From an uncultured Gemmataceae bacterium (GTDB taxonomy: Bacteria; Planctomycetota; Planctomycetia; Gemmatales; Gemmataceae), in assembly GCA_963750165.1 (NCBI GenBank), contig CAVVPN010000003.1:2880001-2944000 (forward strand): a DNA stretch of 64,000 nucleotides, written 5' to 3'. This document shows positions 18,400 through 27,047 of the stretch, in pieces. The notes beneath the pieces are model-generated. The model was not told the DNA's origin, searched no databases, and saw nothing but the letters and a program-made list of their open reading frames with translations. Each line of letters begins with the position of its first letter. Position 1 is the stretch's first letter. A program made the translations under genes and the position numbers.

Positions 18400-21336
18400 A
18401 TGCTCGATTTCACCGAACCCAAGCGCGCCGCCCTGGAAAAGCACCTCCGTCGCCACTTCGAGGGGGAGGTCCGCTTCGACGCCACCTCGCGTCGCCTCTA
18501 CAGCACCGATGCCAGCATTTACCAGATTGAACCGCTCGGCGTCGTGCTGCCGAGGACCGTCGCGGATTTGCAAACGGCGGTGCAGGTCGCCGCGGAACTG
18601 GGCGTGCCCGTCACGGCGCGCGGCGGCGGCACCAGCCTGTCCGGCCAGGCCATCGGCCCGGGGTTGGTGATCGATTGCAGCAAGTACCTCAACCGTGTGA
18701 TCGACATTGATGCCGTGGGCCGCACGGCGCGGGTGCAGCCCGGCCTGATCCTCGACCAGCTCAACCGCGCCCTGGCGCCGTTTCAGCTGCAGTTCGGTCC
18801 AGAGGTCGCGACCGCCAGCCGGGCCAACCTCGGCGGCATGATCGGCAACAACTCCGCCGGCAGTCGCTCCATCGTCTACGGCAAGACCAGCGATCACGTC
18901 CGCGGCCTGAACGTCTTTTTGGCGGACGGCAGCCGGGCGGAGTTCGCGGCGTTGAACGCTGTCGATTGGGCGAAGAAGGCGGCCGCGGTTGGGTCGGAGG
19001 GCGACATTTACCGCGGCGTGCAGCAGGCGGTGCTCGACAACGCTCCGGAGATCCGCCGCCGCTTCCCGCACATCCAGCGCCGCGTCAGCGGCTACAACCT
19101 CGACCTGATCGAGCACGGCCTGACACGCTGGCGCTGGGACGACCCGGCGGCGCGCGTCGGCCTGCACCAGCTCATCATTGGCAGCGAGGGCACGCTGGCG
19201 GTGGTCGCCGACGCGGAGGTTGAACTGGTGCCGCGACCGCTGCATCGCGGGCTGCTGGTGCCGCACTTTGCATCGCTGGCCGCCGCGATGGAGGCGCTGT
19301 CCGCGTGCCTGGAATTTGCGCCGTCCGCGGTCGAACTGCTGGACCAGTTGCTGCTCGACCTGGCTCGCGGCAACCTGTCGCTGAAGGACACGATGGCGGC
19401 GGTCCACGGCCGGCCGGCGGCGCTGTTCATGGTCGAATTCCAGGGCGACGACCAGGCCGAGGTTGCCGATCGCGTGGAAAAATTGCAGAAGCGCTTGCAG
19501 GGCGTGCGCGGCCTGACCGCGGTGGTGCCGGCGCTGGATGCGGAGCTGCGCAACCCCTTGTGGAGCCTGCGCAGCGCCGCGGTGCCGCTGCTGCTGGGCC
19601 TGCACGGCGACCGCAAGCCGGTCGCGTTCATCGAGGACACCGCGGTGGCGCCGGCCCGCCTGCCGGAGTTCGTCGCCCGCTTCCAGGAGGTGCTGAAAAA
19701 GCACGGCACCCACGGTTCGTTCTACGGCCACGCCAGCGTCGGCTGTCTGCACATCCGGCCGGTGCTGAACCTCAAGGACCCGAACGACGTCCACCGCATG
19801 CGCCGCATCACCGAGGATATTACCGATCTTGTACTGGAGTTCGGCGGCGCCCTGAGCGGCGAGCACGGCGACGGCCTGGCGCGGAGCGAGTGGAACCGCA
19901 AGATGTTCGGCGACGCGGTGTACCAGGCGTTTCGGCAGGTGAAGCAGGTGTTCGACCCGCGCAACCAGCTGAACCCGGGCCGGGTGGTGGACGCGCCGCC
20001 GATGACGGAGCAGTTGCGCTACGGCCCCGGCTACGCGCCCACGGAGCCGGCGACGCTGTTCGACTACGGCAAGCAAGAGGGGTTTGTCCGCGCGGTCGAG
20101 TTGTGCAACGGCTCGGGCGTGTGCCGCAAGCTCCAGGGCGGTACGATGTGCCCGTCGTTCCGGGCGACGCGCGACGAGAAGGACTCGACGCGCGGCCGGG
20201 CCAACGCGCTGCGGCTGGCGCTGGCCGGCGAGCGGCCGCTGCGGGCGCTGCGGAGCCAGTGGGTGTATGACGTACTCGACCTGTGCCTGATGTGCAAGGC
20301 GTGCAAGTCGGAGTGCCCGAGCAATGTGGACGTGGCCAAGCTCAAGTCAGAGTTCCTGCACTTCTACTACCGCGGCCGGCTGCGGCCGCCGGGCCAGTGG
20401 CTGATGGCGTACATTTACCGCGTCAACCAGCTGGGAGCGCTGGCGGCGCCAGTGGTGAACTGGCTGCAACAGAACGCGGTGGTACGGCTGCTGCTCGAAA
20501 AGTTTGGCGGCATCGACCGCCGCCGCAGCATGCCGGTGCTGCACGCCGACCACTTCCGCCGCTGGTTCGCCTACCGTGGGACGGCTCTCCAGAGCCGTCT
20601 CGCTACCAATCACGTGCTGCTGCTGGACGACTGCTTCACGACGTACAACGAACCGGACATCGGCCGGGCGGCGGTGCGCGTGCTGGAGGCGGGCGGTTGC
20701 AGTGTCGAGTTGGCGGGACTGGTCTGCTGCGGTCGGCCGATGATTAGCAAGGGATTCTTGACGCAGGCGCGCGAGCTGGTGCAGCAGCAGGCGCCGCGCC
20801 TGGCCGCGCACGTCGCCGACGGCACCCCCCTACTGGGCCTGGAGCCGAGTTGCCTCTTGACGCTCAAGGACGAGTGGCCGGAGCTGGTGCCTGGCGAGGA
20901 GACGCAGACCATCGCTGCCGCCGCTGATTTGGCCGACCACTGGCTGGCGCGGCAGGCGAAGGCGGGCAAGGTGACGCTGCCGCTGCGGGCGCAGCCGGAC
21001 AGGCAGAAAAAATGTTTACTGCACGGCCACTGTCATCAGAAGGCGCTGCTGGGCGTCGGCGGCAGCGCGGCGGCGCTACGATTGGTGCCGGGGCTGGACG
21101 TGCGCGTGCTGGACAGCGGCTGCTGCGGCATGGCGGGCTCGTTCGGCTTCGAGAAGGAGCATTACGACGTGAGCGTGGCGGTGGCGAACCTGGAACTGCT
21201 GCCGGCGCTGGCCGCGGCACCCGACACGCGCGTGGTGGCGCCGGGGACTTCGTGCCGGCACCAGATCAAGGACCTCGACGGCCGCCGGGCGTGGCACCCG
21301 TTGGAGGTGCTGGCGGAGGTGCTGCCGCCCACGTGA
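18400..21336 (+). CDS. FAD-binding and Fe-S-binding oxidoreductase (GlcD/GlcF fusion, YdiJ-like)
   Basis: RGGGTSLSGQ, GSEGTL, SGEHGDG, CNGSGVC, CLMCKACKSECP, CCGMAGSFG. Confidence 0.95.
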   Translation: MLDFTEPKRAALEKHLRRHFEGEVRFDATSRRLYSTDASIYQIEPLGVVLPRTVADLQTAVQVAAELGVPVTARGGGTSLSGQAIGPGLVIDCSKYLNRVIDIDAVGRTARVQPGLILDQLNRALAPFQLQFGPEVATASRANLGGMIGNNSAGSRSIVYGKTSDHVRGLNVFLADGSRAEFAALNAVDWAKKAAAVGSEGDIYRGVQQAVLDNAPEIRRRFPHIQRRVSGYNLDLIEHGLTRWRWDDPAARVGLHQLIIGSEGTLAVVADAEVELVPRPLHRGLLVPHFASLAAAMEALSACLEFAPSAVELLDQLLLDLARGNLSLKDTMAAVHGRPAALFMVEFQGDDQAEVADRVEKLQKRLQGVRGLTAVVPALDAELRNPLWSLRSAAVPLLLGLHGDRKPVAFIEDTAVAPARLPEFVARFQEVLKKHGTHGSFYGHASVGCLHIRPVLNLKDPNDVHRMRRITEDITDLVLEFGGALSGEHGDGLARSEWNRKMFGDAVYQAFRQVKQVFDPRNQLNPGRVVDAPPMTEQLRYGPGYAPTEPATLFDYGKQEGFVRAVELCNGSGVCRKLQGGTMCPSFRATRDEKDSTRGRANALRLALAGERPLRALRSQWVYDVLDLCLMCKACKSECPSNVDVAKLKSEFLHFYYRGRLRPPGQWLMAYIYRVNQLGALAAPVVNWLQQNAVVRLLLEKFGGIDRRRSMPVLHADHFRRWFAYRGTALQSRLATNHVLLLDDCFTTYNEPDIGRAAVRVLEAGGCSVELAGLVCCGRPMISKGFLTQARELVQQQAPRLAAHVADGTPLLGLEPSCLLTLKDEWPELVPGEETQTIAAAADLADHWLARQAKAGKVTLPLRAQPDRQKKCLLHGHCHQKALLGVGGSAAALRLVPGLDVRVLDSGCCGMAGSFGFEKEHYDVSVAVANLELLPALAAAPDTRVVAPGTSCRHQIKDLDGRRAWHPLEVLAEVLPPT

Positions 21337-21594
21337 AGCCTGAAGCTTGGTAGGAGGGAGGGACCATCCCGCCGCAAGACGACTCCCTGGTGAATGTCGT
21401 CGCACAAGTTACAATTACCTCATCGAACTCAAGCAGCGCTCGCGTGGACCGAACCGTGAGGTATCCTTTCCGCTCAGTTTTTTCGCAGACGGGCGCAGTC
21501 TTGAGCAAATGTATACCGCATATTTATTTTCCAATAAGTACATCGGAAAAGTGGTTGTCGGTGCTACTTCGCAGGGATAGGATCAACAACTAGC

Positions 21595-21710
21595 GCGGAT
21601 TGCAGGTGCGTGTAGCGGGTAGTAGGTCCGGCGAGCCGAGCCGGACCCGCAGCGGGTGCCGCTCGGCTCGCGGCACCTACCCCAGACCGCTACACCCAAC
21701 CGCAATCCGC
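21595..21710. repeat. Nested palindromes (GTAG REP doublet inside an outer inverted repeat)
   Basis: GCGGATTGC..GTGTAGCGG / CCGCTACAC..GCAATCCGC enclose GTAGGTCCGGCGAGCCGAGC...GCTCGGCTCGCGGCACCTAC. Confidence 0.65.
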
Positions 21711-21772
21711 TTTAGTTTTCTTGCAATCGTGCGAGATCCAGATTATTCGGAAAACACTTCAGCGAGCTACCC

Positions 21773-22591
21773 GTGACCGCACCACTGGCGAACTGCACCG
21801 CCGCCCTGGCCGAGGGCCGGCAACTGGAAGAACTCGCCGAGTTGCTGGCCCGCGAAGGCGCCACGGTCGTCCGCTGTCCGCTGCTGAGCATCCACGACAG
21901 CCCCGACACCGACACCGTGGTCGCCTGGCTGCGCGACCTGGCCGCCGACCGTTTCGCCTGGGCCGTATGGCTGACCGGCGAGGGCGTGCGACGGCTGCTG
22001 GGCTTCGCGGAGCGCGCCGCCCTGCGCGACGCGGTGCTGGCCGCGCTGGGCCGCGTCCGCTCCGTGACGCGCGGCCCCAAACCGGTGCGGGCGCTCAAGG
22101 AACTCGGCCTGACTCCGACCCTCGTCGCCGCGGCCCCGACCACCGAGGGCGTCATCGCCGCGCTGCGGAGCGAGCCGCTGCACGGCTTGCACGTCGGCGT
22201 ACAACTCTACAGCCCGGACAACCCGCCGCTGCTACAGTTCCTGCGCGACGCCGGCGCGACGCCGCATCCGGTGCTCCCCTACGTCTACGCCCCGGCTGCC
22301 GACGCCGACCGAGTCGGCGACCTGATCGTGCGCCTGGCCGACGGCGGCATCAACCTGCTCGTGTTCACCAGTTCGCCGCAGGTTGATCGACTGCTGGAGG
22401 TGGCGAAGGAACGCTGCCTGGAAGAGCACCTGCGGCAGGGGTTGGAGCGCGTCCGGGTGGCGTCCATTGGGCCGGTGCTGACGGAGCACTTGCGGCAGCT
22501 GGGCGTGCGCGTGGACGTGTGCCCCGAAACGGGCTTCGTGATGAAAAACCTGGTGCAACATATCAAACGACATTGGGAGGAGAGTCATTAG
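21773..22591 (+). CDS. hemD: Uroporphyrinogen-III synthase-like protein
   Basis: LTGEG, RGPKP, FTSSPQV, ASIGPV. Confidence 0.8.
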   Translation: MTAPLANCTAALAEGRQLEELAELLAREGATVVRCPLLSIHDSPDTDTVVAWLRDLAADRFAWAVWLTGEGVRRLLGFAERAALRDAVLAALGRVRSVTRGPKPVRALKELGLTPTLVAAAPTTEGVIAALRSEPLHGLHVGVQLYSPDNPPLLQFLRDAGATPHPVLPYVYAPAADADRVGDLIVRLADGGINLLVFTSSPQVDRLLEVAKERCLEEHLRQGLERVRVASIGPVLTEHLRQLGVRVDVCPETGFVMKNLVQHIKRHWEESH

Positions 22592-22695
22592 TCAATAGTC
22601 ATTAGTCATTAGTTATCCGGGTCGCAGTCTCAAACAAAACTTTCACCCGCGACAGGGATCCGGATAACTAATGACTAATGACTATTGACTGATGA
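22586..22695. repeat. Inverted pair of heptamer tandem arrays (TCATTAG)n/(CTAATGA)n
   Basis: Read directly from the sequence. Confidence 0.8.
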
Positions 22696-22704
22696 CCAAT
22701 CAAA

Positions 22705-24147
22705 GTGATTGGTTCGCAGAGCCGCTGTGACTTCGGCCTGGCCCGCTGCGACGTGACGCCGCCGGTTGGCATCTATCATCGCATGTGGGGCGCCGCCACG
22801 CACGACCGCTCCACCGGTGTCCACCGACCCTTGACCGCCACCGCGCTGGTCTTCCGGCCGCTGGCAGGCACGGATGAAATGGTTGTGGTGGCCCTCGATC
22901 ACTGCCTGCTGTCGGCGCGCGAGATGGATGCGCTGCTCACGGCAGTGTGCGGCCGAACGGGACTGGCGACGGAGCGGCTGGTGGTGGCGTTCTCGCACAC
23001 GCACGGCGCCGGCCTGATGGGCCTGGAGCGTGCCGGCCTGCCCGGCGGCGACCTGATCGCGCCGTACCTCGACGACCTCGGCGTCAAGATGGCGGAGGCG
23101 GTCACCGCGGCGCGGCGGGCGGTGCAGCCGGTGACCATCACCTACGGCACCGGCCGCTGCGCCCTGGCGGCCCACCGCGATTTCTGCGACCCCATCACCG
23201 GACAGTTCGTATGCGGCTACAACCCGAACGGCCCGGCCGACGACGCCGTGCTGGTGGCGCGCGTGACCGGGGCCGACAGCCGGCCAGTGGCGGTGGTGGT
23301 CAACTACGCCTGCCACCCGACGACGCTGGCGTGGCAGAACACACTCATCAGCCCGGACTATCCCGGGGCGTTGCGCGAACTGGTGGAACGGGAGACGGGC
23401 GCAACGTGCGTGTTCCTGCAGGGGGCATCCGGCGACCTGGGGCCGCGCGAGGGTTACGTCGGCGACCCGGCGGTGGCGGATCGCAACGGCCGGCAGCTGG
23501 GCCATGCGGTGCTGGCGACGCTGGAAGGCTTGCCGCCGCCGGGCACGCGCTTCGAGTATCTCGGCCCGGTGGTGTCCGGGGCGATGCTCGGCACCTGGGG
23601 CCATGTGCCGCTGGACGCGGCGACGCTGCAACAGCAGGCGGTGTGGCGGTGGCGGCGCTGGGACGTGGAATTGCCCTACCGGCCGGACCTGCCAACGGCG
23701 GCGGCGACGCGGGCGGAGCGGGCGTCGTGGGAGGAGCGGGAGCACGAGGCGCTGCGGCTGGGCGACGCGGCGCAGGCGCGGCAGTGCCGGGCGCTGGCGG
23801 AACGGATGACGCGGCAGCTGACGCGCCTGGAGGGGCTGCCGCCGGGCGAGCATTTTCCGCTGCCGGTGGTGCTGTGGCAACTGGGCGACGCGCTGTGGTG
23901 CGCGGTGGAGGGCGAGCACTATCAGACGCTGCAGCGCGAACTGCGGCGGCGCTTCCCACAGACGCCGATCCTTGTGATGACGGTTGCGAACGGCTGGCGG
24001 CCGGCGTACCTGGTGGACGCGACGGCGTACGGCAAGGGCATCTATCAGGAGACGGTCGCGGTGCTGGCGGCGGGCTGTCTGGAGCGATTGATCGAGGCGG
24101 TGGCGGCACAAGGGCAGGCGTGGTTGGCGGCCGGGGACAGAGGTTGA
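22705..24147 (+). CDS. Neutral/alkaline ceramidase-like hydrolase
   Basis: DVTPPVG, SHTH, NYACHPT, ISPDYPG, FLQGASGD. Confidence 0.8.
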   Translation: MIGSQSRCDFGLARCDVTPPVGIYHRMWGAATHDRSTGVHRPLTATALVFRPLAGTDEMVVVALDHCLLSAREMDALLTAVCGRTGLATERLVVAFSHTHGAGLMGLERAGLPGGDLIAPYLDDLGVKMAEAVTAARRAVQPVTITYGTGRCALAAHRDFCDPITGQFVCGYNPNGPADDAVLVARVTGADSRPVAVVVNYACHPTTLAWQNTLISPDYPGALRELVERETGATCVFLQGASGDLGPREGYVGDPAVADRNGRQLGHAVLATLEGLPPPGTRFEYLGPVVSGAMLGTWGHVPLDAATLQQQAVWRWRRWDVELPYRPDLPTAAATRAERASWEEREHEALRLGDAAQARQCRALAERMTRQLTRLEGLPPGEHFPLPVVLWQLGDALWCAVEGEHYQTLQRELRRRFPQTPILVMTVANGWRPAYLVDATAYGKGIYQETVAVLAAGCLERLIEAVAAQGQAWLAAGDRG

Positions 24148-24180
24148 CGCGGACTGCTGGTGGGGTAAAGTAATCCATGA

Positions 24181-24263
24181 GCCGAAGTGGCGGAATGGCA
24201 GACGCGCCGGACTCAAAATCCGGTTCACGCAAGTGAGTGTGGGTTCGAGTCCCACCTTCGGCA
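24181..24263 (+). tRNA. tRNA-Leu(CAA), CCA not encoded
   Basis: Acceptor GCCGAAG/CTTCGGC, anticodon arm CCGGA-CTCAAAA-TCCGG, long variable arm, GGTTCGAGTCC. Confidence 0.96.
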
Positions 24264-24307
24264 GTAACGAGTTACGGCAACTGAGCTGGCAAAGAGAAAA
24301 CCGCATT

Positions 24308-24376
24308 GGTAAGATTCTGGTAAGAATGCGGACGTCACACTGGGCTGACGCTTCGCTCTTACCAGGGGCTTACCAA
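24308..24376. promoter_or_regulatory. Putative integrase arm-type sites TGGTAAG-N4-TGGTAAG
   Basis: Pairs at 24308-24325, inverted at 24358-24375, and at 44038-44055 near attR. Confidence 0.65.
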
Positions 24377-24377
24377 C

Positions 24378-25724
24378 ATGGCATCCTTGCAACTTCGCGG
24401 CGACAGCTGGCGCGTTCTTTTCAATTACAACGGCAAGCAGCACTCTTTCCCCATCGGCCCCGTCGATTCCGTCGAGGCCGCTTCGTGGAAGGGCAAGGTT
24501 GAACACCTTCTGATGCGGCTCAAGCAGCACCTGCTCGACCTGCCGGTCGGGTGCGACATCGTGACTTTCCTTCAGCACGACGGCAAACCACCGACCGCCC
24601 CGGCGGTCCCGGCCAAGAAGCCGATCACCCTCGGCGAGCTGAGCGACGAATATTTGCAACTGCACGCCAAACTGCTCGACCCCCGCACCGTCGCCGACAT
24701 GCGCGGCCACTGGAAACACCTGGGGCGCCTGCTGCGGCTCACCACCGAGGCCGAGGCGCTGGCGCTGCCCAACCTCCAGAAATACGTCATGGACCGTGTG
24801 GCCGAGGGCGTCGAGCCGGCGACGGCCAAGAAGGAAATCATCACGCTTCGCACCTGCTGGAATTGGGGCGTGCGGATGGGCCTGCTCGCGGGCGCATTCC
24901 CCAACCGGGGCCTGCACTTCCCCAAGGGCACCGAGAAGCCACCGTTCATGACGTTCGCGGAAATCGAGCGCCGTGTTGCCGCCGGCGAACCGGAGTCGCT
25001 ATGGGAGGGCGTGTTCCTGACCCGCGAAGAAATCCAGGAGGTGCTTGACGTGGTGCGGGCCAGAGGCTGCTATCCCTGGATTCACCCGCTCTTCTGCATG
25101 GCCGCGCATACCGGGGCCAGGCGATCTGAGTTGACCGCTGCCCTGGTGACAGACGTGAACCTGCAGGACAAGACGGTGCTGATCCGCGAGAAGAAGCGCC
25201 GTCGCGATGTCCACGAATCCACCCGACGCGTGCCGCTCTCGCCTGCGCTTGCGCTGGTGCTGAAGGACTGGCTGGCAGCGCACCCTGGCGGTGCGCACCT
25301 GTTTTGTCATTCCGGTGAAATCGCCCGCAGCAAGAAGCGCAGCGCGACGACGGGGCACAAGGGCGAACAGGCGAGGGCATCAACACTGGTCGGCCGGACC
25401 AAGGGGGTAAAAAAGCGCGACACGCCGCCGCCCTCGCAGTTAAGCCGCACCGAGGCCAGCGACCATTTTCGACGGACGCTTGCCGGAACGAAGTGGCAGG
25501 TGCTGCCAGGCTACCACTGCTTGCGACACAGCTTCATCTCCAACTGTGCGGCAATGGGCATCGACCAGCGCCTCATCGACTCTTGGGTCGGCCACACCAC
25601 CGAGGAAATGAGGCGGCGGTATCGACACCTGATCCCGTCCGTCGAGCAGCAGGCTATCCGAGTGGTCTTTGGAGAGGCAGCAACCCCTCGCGGCGATAAC
25701 GCTGTAGCTCCTGATGGGAAATAA
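24378..25724 (+). CDS. Tyrosine recombinase (integrase)
   Basis: HTGARRSEL, HCLRHSF, VGHTT..RRYRH (R-HxxR-H-Y). Confidence 0.96.
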   Translation: MASLQLRGDSWRVLFNYNGKQHSFPIGPVDSVEAASWKGKVEHLLMRLKQHLLDLPVGCDIVTFLQHDGKPPTAPAVPAKKPITLGELSDEYLQLHAKLLDPRTVADMRGHWKHLGRLLRLTTEAEALALPNLQKYVMDRVAEGVEPATAKKEIITLRTCWNWGVRMGLLAGAFPNRGLHFPKGTEKPPFMTFAEIERRVAAGEPESLWEGVFLTREEIQEVLDVVRARGCYPWIHPLFCMAAHTGARRSELTAALVTDVNLQDKTVLIREKKRRRDVHESTRRVPLSPALALVLKDWLAAHPGGAHLFCHSGEIARSKKRSATTGHKGEQARASTLVGRTKGVKKRDTPPPSQLSRTEASDHFRRTLAGTKWQVLPGYHCLRHSFISNCAAMGIDQRLIDSWVGHTTEEMRRRYRHLIPSVEQQAIRVVFGEAATPRGDNAVAPDGK

Positions 25725-25962
25725 CCCAGGCAGGGAATGCGCCTCGGCCCGACATCCGCTTTTCGGCGCGGATGCGGCCGAGGCGGCAGTGTTCCCTGAT
25801 CGTAAATTCCGCCTTGCCGACGAGGCGGGCGAACTCATCGGTGGCATACCATTCCTTGGCCGTCTCCCGCTCTATCAGGCGTGCCAGCATCTCCTCAATG
25901 CGCCCCAGGCTTTCCTCCATCGCTTCAATGCGCCCCATGCTTTCCTCAACGCTAACGCTCAT
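25654..25962 (-). CDS. Excisionase-like HTH protein
   Basis: WYATDEFARLVGKAEFTIREHCRLGRI; convergent with and overlapping the integrase. Confidence 0.8.
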   Translation of the reverse strand: MSVSVEESMGRIEAMEESLGRIEEMLARLIERETAKEWYATDEFARLVGKAEFTIREHCRLGRIRAEKRMSGRGAFPAWVISHQELQRYRREGLLPLQRPLG

Positions 25963-26327
25963 GGCTAAACCCTCTCTGCTTGACTGGCGCTTTCCGTTCG
26001 TGCTTGTTGCTTGACACAAATAAGCTAAGCCTGGAAAACCCTGCCAGAAAAGCCGAGTCTGCGTTCACCGGGAAATTTCCCCCGCCCCGGCGCCGGCACG
26101 TCTCCACAACGTCAACGAATCTGCAACTCGGGGCAGAACAACAATCCGGGGCAGCTCGACAGGGCCGTGACCACCCGAGCGGTACGGTGAAAATTCCCGC
26201 GAATGGCAGGGCTTGCAATTCAAGCGGCCTGGCGACCCTTGGTAAACTCTGGCAGCGCCAGTGTCGGCCCAGGACTGGGCGGGGCCGCAACGTTCATCCC
26301 CACCGCCGAGCCAGCACATCCGAACGT

Positions 26328-26420
26328 TCCAGCGTAGGCAACGTCGTGCTGTTGTGTAGCAGTCAGCGGCCCGAACCAGCGCAGCAACATGCTCGACACC
26401 ACGACGTTGCCTACGCTGGA
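26328..26420. repeat. 21-bp perfect inverted repeat
   Basis: TCCAGCGTAGGCAACGTCGTG ... CACGACGTTGCCTACGCTGGA. Confidence 0.85.
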
Positions 26421-26496
26421 GTTGTCAACTGTGCGGCTTGTGCGGCGCCTGACGGCTTGGCGGCGCTCGGGCCGATGGCAACCAGCTGTCAGCGAC

Positions 26497-26733
26497 CCTG
26501 CATGACACGCATGACACGCATGACACGCATGACACAGATGACGCATGACGCATGACACTTCAGACACTCGATGCTTGTCCCTTTGTGTCCCTTTGTCCCT
26601 TTCGGCTTTAAGTCCTGGACATCAACCACTTGGACGCCAAAGGGACAAAGGGACATGGGCGAGTGTCTGAAGTGTCATGCGTCATGCGTCATCTGTGTCA
26701 TGCGTGTCATGCGTGTCATGCGTGTCATGCAGG
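26497..26733. repeat. 74-bp perfect inverted repeat built of CATGACACG units, enclosing inverted TGTCCCTT repeats
   Basis: Arms 26497-26570 and 26660-26733. Confidence 0.92.
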
Positions 26734-26736
26734 ATT

Positions 26737-26973
26737 AAGCTGAACCTCGCCTACGTCCTCAACACGCACCGCCGGCAGCTGACCGACCAGGACCGCGAGC
26801 GCATCGAGCAGGTCCGCCGCGACCTGGCCCGCGCCCAGGCGTCCGAGCCGCCGCCCCGGGAGCAAGACCCCGAGGGCTACCCGGAATTGCTGGCGGCCTG
26901 GAACGCCGCCAGCATCAACGCCCGTGAGAAGTTCATGGCCGACCGGCTCGCGACCCCACCGGCCGGCTGCTAG
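26737..26973 (+). pseudogene. 5'-truncated remnant, possibly a phage ParB-associated region
   Basis: AYVLNTHRRQLT motif; no credible start, abuts the inverted repeat. Confidence 0.4.
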
Positions 26974-27047
26974 CACGCCAGCGTGCGCAGGCGGCCCGCC
27001 AGGTCGTGCGGCGGGTTCAAGGCGGACTGCAGTGGGTGTAAGTCCGG

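Noticed and set aside
22586..22695. Heptamer arrays as a mini-CRISPR
   Set aside because: Tandem units with no spacers.
26220..26736. ORFs with CHACHAC / MTRMTRM / VSCVSC repeats
   Set aside because: Artefacts of the 9-bp DNA repeats.
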